From: Candidatus Woesearchaeota archaeon
Lineage (GTDB): Archaea; Nanobdellota; Nanobdellia; Pacearchaeales; GW2011-AR1
Reading direction: 5' to 3'
Assembly: GCA_964574775.1 (NCBI GenBank)
Contig: CAZNOS010000001.1
Location: 1 to 58,967, forward strand
Length of the DNA: 58,967 nucleotides
Below are positions 54,308 through 58,967 of the stretch, piece after piece. Every line of letters begins with the position of its first letter. The stretch's first letter is position 1. The notes beneath the pieces are model-generated. The model saw only the letters and a list, made by a program, of their open reading frames with translations. It was not told the origin of the DNA and did not search any database. A program made the translations under genes and the position numbers.

Positions 54308-54399
54308 TTTAGGGAAACCGAAGTCCCCATGGTCCAGTCCCTAAACTAAACCGTTATTATTCACAAAATTTAAACGTTTTTAAGGGTTGTGTTTTACAA

Positions 54400-54774
54400 T
54401 CATATGCCCTTCAGGTTTTTATCACTATAATGTTTCGCAACAACCCAACGAACCGGAAAATGAACATAATTTTCTCCTTGATAAATAATAATTTTTTCAA
54501 CTCCCTCTGCAGAACCAATACATGCACCCGCCGAATCACCCCGATATGTATCAAATCTATCTCTAATCCCTATAGTACCGAAACCGGGGTGAAAATACTT
54601 TCTAAATCGTTTATTCAAATCTTCTTTCATAAAATCACGAGTGGAAATAAAGAAATTCAAATCCATCCTAGAAGAACCAATCACATCATACGCCAAAATA
54701 CAAAATCCCTGCTCATTAACAAATCTGTCCGCCAAAGAAACACATCGCTTCAAGCTCATCGATACCTTAGCCAT
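54400..54774 (-). CDS. Hypothetical protein (124 aa)
   Basis: Start set at MAKVSMSLKR. Arg-using composition. Lies 4 nt downstream of the small zinc-ribbon ORF. Confidence 0.5.
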   Translation of the reverse strand: MAKVSMSLKRCVSLADRFVNEQGFCILAYDVIGSSRMDLNFFISTRDFMKEDLNKRFRKYFHPGFGTIGIRDRFDTYRGDSAGACIGSAEGVEKIIIYQGENYVHFPVRWVVAKHYSDKNLKGI

Positions 54775-54778
54775 GCCC

Positions 54779-54925
54779 TTACAACTTAATTCCAGCATCC
54801 TTCACGTGCTCGTCATGCTGATCCATATCCCCACTCATTAAACAATCAAAACACGTATGAACAGTTCCATTTTTCTCTTTAATAAAGCCCGTTCCATGAC
54901 ACTTCGAACAACTCATATTTGCCAT
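54779..54925 (-). CDS. Small (48 aa) zinc-ribbon protein with CxxCxGxG motif (absent from the ORF track)
   Basis: Hand translation gives MANMSCSKCHGTGFIKEKNGTVHTCFDCLMSGDMDQHDEHVKDAGIKL*. CSKCHGTG plus CFDC resembles a DnaJ-type zinc finger. Confidence 0.45.
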   Translation of the reverse strand: MANMSCSKCHGTGFIKEKNGTVHTCFDCLMSGDMDQHDEHVKDAGIKL

Positions 54926-55039
54926 AATAAATATTATAATAAAGCATATTTAAGCATATATGTAAGCGAGTGTATATTTGAAAACCGAATAAAAAACAGA
55001 AAAACAAATCTTTAAAAAGCAAGAAAAACACCTCAAACT

Positions 55040-55405
55040 ATGGCAAAAAAAACATTGGAACAAAAATATCCGAAACCAGCTTGGCTTAAAATATCCGAAG
55101 ATGAGTTAAAAAAAATCATCACAACACTTGCAGAAAAATATCAACCAGCACAAATCGGTTTAATACTTAGAGATCAATATGGAATTCCAACAACAAAAGT
55201 TTACGGAAAAAAGATCTCAGCATACTTAAAAGAAATGGGTAAAAACGACTTCTTTGAAGTGAAAAACGTTGAGAAGAAAGTTAGCGATTTGAGAGACCAT
55301 ATGAAAGCAAATATAACTGATAAAAAGGCAAAGCATAAATTCCAAAAAGCAAACTCTAGACTTAACGCTTTAAGAAAATATTTCTCAAAAAGAAAGAAAA
55401 ACTAA
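55040..55405 (+). CDS. rps15: 30S ribosomal protein S15 (uS15/S13e)
   Basis: PAWLKISEDELKKII..LAEKYQPAQIGLILRDQYGIP...KAKHKFQKANSRLNALRKYF. Confidence 0.88.
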   Translation: MAKKTLEQKYPKPAWLKISEDELKKIITTLAEKYQPAQIGLILRDQYGIPTTKVYGKKISAYLKEMGKNDFFEVKNVEKKVSDLRDHMKANITDKKAKHKFQKANSRLNALRKYFSKRKKN

Positions 55406-55490
55406 TTTATTCTTTAATTTTAAAATAGTACAACAAACCTTAAAAAGAGATTTAATTTGATTTCTTCGTTCAGATAAAAAGAGTGATAAA

Positions 55491-56816
55491 ATGATTAATT
55501 CGATGTCTATTTTAGCAAAGGAATTCCTAGAAATAGCTGGAAACAAACCAGTTAGACTAATATCTCACTATGATACTGACGGAATAACTTCCGCAGCCAT
55601 AATGACTAAAACACTGAAAAGACTACAAAAAAATTTCAGTCTAAGAATCGTCAAGGGAATAGATAAAAATATTCTCTCGGAAGAACTAAAGAGAAACAAG
55701 AAAGAAATAATATTTTTCGTAGACCTTGCTTCAAATAGCCTAGACTCATTTCAAAATTTAGAAAATCCCATATTTATTCTAGATCACCACGAAATAGATA
55801 AATCAAAATTGAATAACAAGATAAAAATAGTTAACCCACACTTATTTTCAGAAGAAGAAATATGCAGTGCTGGACTATCTTATTTATTCTCTAAAGCAAT
55901 TTCAGAAAAAAATCAAGACCTCTCTGCGTTAGCCATAATTGGAATGATTGGAGACAGACACGAAACACATCTTAGTAAAATATATCAACAAATCATAAAT
56001 GATACTGATGGATTAGAAATTAGAAAATCACTCCTAATATTTTCTGCAACACGTCCGCTAAGAAAATCACTTGAATATTCCACAAATTTCCTTATACCCG
56101 GAGTTACTGGCTCCTCACAAGGCGTCCAAGAACTCTTGAGAGAAAATCAAATTTCAAGCGAAAAAACACTTTGCGAATTAACAGAAGAAGAGGTATCAAA
56201 ACTTGTCACATCAATACTGGTTCGCATGGCATCGAAAGGAGATAAAACTGAAATCATCGGAAACATATATTTAATGAAATTTTTTAACAGAAAGGAAGAC
56301 GTCCGAGAACTTTCAGTTTTGATAAACGCGTGCTCCAGACTCGGTAGCCCGGATATAGCACTATCGTTTTGTCTTCAATGCGAAAGAGCAAAAGACCAAG
56401 CTCAAGATATTTATCTTCAATATAAACAAGAATTAATTGAAGCATTAAAAAACGCAAGTAAAATAGAAAAGATAAGCGGAAACGGATTCACAATCTTAAA
56501 CGCAAGAGATTTAATTAAAGACACAATTATTGGCACAATAACGTCCATATTATCTTCCTCCCTAGACTATCAATCTGGAACTGTTCTCATCGGCATGGCA
56601 TACAATCAAGATAAAATAAAGATATCTGCGAGAATTGCTGGAAGAGACGGGAAAAACCTGAAAGAAATATTAGAAAAAACCATCAAACTCGTAGATCTTG
56701 AGGCAGAAGTTGGTGGACACCAAAAAGCCGCTGGATGCTTAATTAAAAAAGAAGACGAGCAAAAATTTATTGATGAAATCCAAAAAATTCTCGGAGTAGA
56801 AGTTGTAAAAATCTAA
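55491..56816 (+). CDS. recJ: RecJ-like DHH/DHHA1 phosphoesterase (archaeal GAN/Cdc45-like)
   Basis: ISHYDTDGITSAAIM, FILDHHE (DHH) and VGGHQKAAG (DHHA1 GGGH-type). Confidence 0.8.
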   Translation: MINSMSILAKEFLEIAGNKPVRLISHYDTDGITSAAIMTKTLKRLQKNFSLRIVKGIDKNILSEELKRNKKEIIFFVDLASNSLDSFQNLENPIFILDHHEIDKSKLNNKIKIVNPHLFSEEEICSAGLSYLFSKAISEKNQDLSALAIIGMIGDRHETHLSKIYQQIINDTDGLEIRKSLLIFSATRPLRKSLEYSTNFLIPGVTGSSQGVQELLRENQISSEKTLCELTEEEVSKLVTSILVRMASKGDKTEIIGNIYLMKFFNRKEDVRELSVLINACSRLGSPDIALSFCLQCERAKDQAQDIYLQYKQELIEALKNASKIEKISGNGFTILNARDLIKDTIIGTITSILSSSLDYQSGTVLIGMAYNQDKIKISARIAGRDGKNLKEILEKTIKLVDLEAEVGGHQKAAGCLIKKEDEQKFIDEIQKILGVEVVKI

Positions 56817-56861
56817 CTCATCCCACTAAAAACTTCTTGCTCAGGATAAACAGTAATTCAC

Positions 56862-58967
56862 TTAATAAAAACCATAATGTCTTTTATTCCTATGATTTTT
56901 TTCAATTCTCCTTACCCAAAAATACTCTTCTATCCTATTTCTGTTTTTTTTCCAAACAAAAAACAAAATAATTAACAAAACTAAGACAATAGCTACAATT
57001 GCTCTCCAATAAGAATGTTTTATTTCTTTTTCAAAAAAGTTTGCAACAATATTTTTTTCTTCTACAATCTGCTTACTATCTGTTTTTATTTCTTGTATAA
57101 ACACCATTGCCTGTCTTGATGTAGAATTCATTCCATCATATCTTGCTCTAATATCATTTACAGAATCATTATTCAAATCAAACTCATATAAAACTCCCTT
57201 CTGTAAATAAGCAATAATAGGATTTGATTGTATCAAAACCTTCGCGTGAGTTGCATTAAATGTATTCAATGTCAAAGTATGATTTGTAAAATTAACAACA
57301 AATTTAATCTTATCGTTATATCTCAAATTAAAACTATTTCCAGATAAAGGCAAATTAACGTCGGAGAAATAAGTTTGGGGAGAATAACTTGAAGAAGTCG
57401 TAGTTGTTGTTTGATTCTCTTCAATAGTTGTTGCTGCTTCAACAGTCAAACTTCTTGTTTTAGATGTCTTGATTAACCCTGTATTATCTTTACATTGGAT
57501 ATTCCAAGTGTAATTGCCATTGGATAAATTTAAAGATAAAATATTATTCTGTTCTTTAACAATAGATGTTGAAGAATTCTTATATTGTCTTGTATAAAGC
57601 GCCAATACTTCGCTAGCAGAAAGAGAACGATTCCAGATTGCAAGTTCATCCAAATAACCCTCGATGTTTTCACTTGATGCAAAAGGTATATCTCCACCTA
57701 TTGCTCTAAACGCATTATTGATTACTAGGGGCTCTGCACTACTCAGGGTAAAGCTCCCGTCACTAACACCATTTACATAGAATGATACAATATTATTTTG
57801 TCTAACTGCCACAACATTATACCATTTATTTAGCGAAAGTATACCTCCTCCAGATCCGCTCCCTATAGAATTAGTATAAAAGTCAACATGCCTACTATTT
57901 ATAGAAAAAAGGAATTCATCGCCACCACTACCAAAAGCAAGAATAGAGTCATAGCCATCATTGTTATTAAGTTTAACCCAAGCAGAAAGAGTAAAATTAC
58001 CTATTGAGGTAAAAACAGCATTATCTGGCAAGATAATATTCTGTGTACCATTTAAATAATAGGATGCATTTCCAAATTTATATGATGTATAATTAAATTC
58101 TCCGCCATTTGCAGTACCATCATTTCCATTTCCAGAAGAGTCTACTAAATTATCATTCAAATGCCACAAGGCTAGTAAATCACTTTCATTAGATTCAATT
58201 TCAGATGTTCTTGAGCTATCTACCGTTAAGTTACAATATTCAATTTCTTGCTCATCTAAAATCATTGTCGTATTAAATACAAAAGAAACAGGACTTGAAC
58301 TTGCAGAATTATTTGAAGGTGAAACAATATTTACTCTTAAGGATGGTACTCCATTAGATTGCCATTTTAAAATAGGATAATCTCTACCATCATAAGCATC
58401 GCTCCAAACATTAGTGAAATCCCAAACATCTCCATTTTCACCAGCAGTATAAACTCCATGACTAGTATCATAAAATGCAACAGCAGAACTTTCATTGTAA
58501 CTAATGAACTCTACAGGGCTATCAACACCCAAATCGTATCCAATAGCAACCGAAGCAGAATCTGTAGTAACCCATCCACAATTAATATAATCATTAGGAC
58601 TACTTCCTATAAACCCTCCAGCAGTCTCTATATTTTCAGAAGTCAAACTTCCGGCAGCATATGAAGAATAAATAGAATCGCCTGCATTTATTCCAGCGAA
58701 ACCACCTATGGATGCTCCTTCTGAATTAACATCTCCTACCGAATAACAATTATATATATCGCCTGGATTTTGTCCAACAAATCCGCCAACATAGTTGGAG
58801 ATATATCTATCAGAAACATCACCTCTTGTATAAGAATTATTAATAAATGAACCCAATCCATTAAATCCTATAAATCCGCCCACACTACTTCCTGCTGACT
58901 CTGTCCTAACATTTCCCAGGGCGTAAGAACTTTCTACAAATCCATAATTTACTCCTATAAATCCACC
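56862..58967 (-). CDS. Surface adhesin-like protein with GLUG-type GGF[IVA]G repeats, LamG/ConA-like domain and C-terminal TM anchor (5' end outside the window)
   Basis: The frame stays open to the window edge (GGFIGVNYGFVESSYALGNVRTESAGSSVGGFIG...). LamG-like segment FTLSAWVKLNNNDGYDSILAFGSGGDEFLF...WYNVVAVRQNNIVSFYVNGV. Anchor AIVAIVLVLLIILFFVW. Confidence 0.75.
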   Translation of the reverse strand, partial: GGFIGVNYGFVESSYALGNVRTESAGSSVGGFIGFNGLGSFINNSYTRGDVSDRYISNYVGGFVGQNPGDIYNCYSVGDVNSEGASIGGFAGINAGDSIYSSYAAGSLTSENIETAGGFIGSSPNDYINCGWVTTDSASVAIGYDLGVDSPVEFISYNESSAVAFYDTSHGVYTAGENGDVWDFTNVWSDAYDGRDYPILKWQSNGVPSLRVNIVSPSNNSASSSPVSFVFNTTMILDEQEIEYCNLTVDSSRTSEIESNESDLLALWHLNDNLVDSSGNGNDGTANGGEFNYTSYKFGNASYYLNGTQNIILPDNAVFTSIGNFTLSAWVKLNNNDGYDSILAFGSGGDEFLFSINSRHVDFYTNSIGSGSGGGILSLNKWYNVVAVRQNNIVSFYVNGVSDGSFTLSSAEPLVINNAFRAIGGDIPFASSENIEGYLDELAIWNRSLSASEVLALYTRQYKNSSTSIVKEQNNILSLNLSNGNYTWNIQCKDNTGLIKTSKTRSLTVEAATTIEENQTTTTTSSSYSPQTYFSDVNLPLSGNSFNLRYNDKIKFVVNFTNHTLTLNTFNATHAKVLIQSNPIIAYLQKGVLYEFDLNNDSVNDIRARYDGMNSTSRQAMVFIQEIKTDSKQIVEEKNIVANFFEKEIKHSYWRAIVAIVLVLLIILFFVWKKNRNRIEEYFWVRRIEKNHRNKRHYGFY

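Noticed and set aside
54308-54345. 8-bp inverted repeat TTTAGGGA...TCCCTAAA with an internal UUCG-like loop immediately upstream of tRNA-Gln.
   Set aside because: It could be a leader structure, but the 22-nt loop pairs imperfectly. A single instance cannot be distinguished from chance.
1-58967. Looked for CRISPR arrays, rRNA genes, IS/transposase or integrase genes, reverse transcriptase/DGR template-variable repeat pairs and inteins.
   Set aside because: No regularly spaced repeats, no rRNA-like conserved strings, no recognisable DDE, tyrosine- or serine-recombinase or RT motifs in any ORF, and no long near-identical repeat pairs were seen by eye. A computational repeat scan is still advisable.

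Overview
AT-rich (roughly one-third G+C by eye), gene-dense archaeal chromosome segment. The gene set suggests a small-genome DPANN-type archaeon (inference): FEN-1, TFB, tRNA-splicing endonuclease, Alba, Sm, GINS, RecJ/GAN-like, Bud32, SRP54/FtsY, r-proteins S17e/S8e/L44e/S3Ae/S15, class-II GlyRS, an A1-U72 tRNA-Gln and an intron-containing tRNA-Thr. About 75 protein genes and 7 tRNAs are supported. No rRNA, CRISPR array, transposase, integrase or reverse transcriptase was recognised. Housekeeping genes are interleaved with many secreted or membrane proteins of unknown function. (i) A ten-gene cluster (5035-13013) encodes proteins that all start with N-K-[KR]-G-[DSA] plus a hydrophobic helix, resembling a prepilin or class III signal, with no assembly machinery nearby. 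(ii) Another such prepilin-like gene is translationally coupled to a 1760-aa secreted giant protein (31364-38472). (iii) A block of four clearly paralogous polytopic membrane proteins with coiled-coil tails lies at 41361-46002. (iv) A bacterial-type PilT retraction ATPase is split by a perfect 14-bp tandem duplication (52405-53510). (v) A GLUG/LamG adhesin-like protein runs off the window end. A recurring sequence-level theme is short direct duplication of the 3' ends of conserved genes (ftsY, rnz) and of tRNA ends (Met, Cys, Val). These duplications bracket or abut accessory ORFs. Many of those ORFs use Arg over Lys, unlike the core genes, which suggests repeated insertion of foreign DNA with target duplication.
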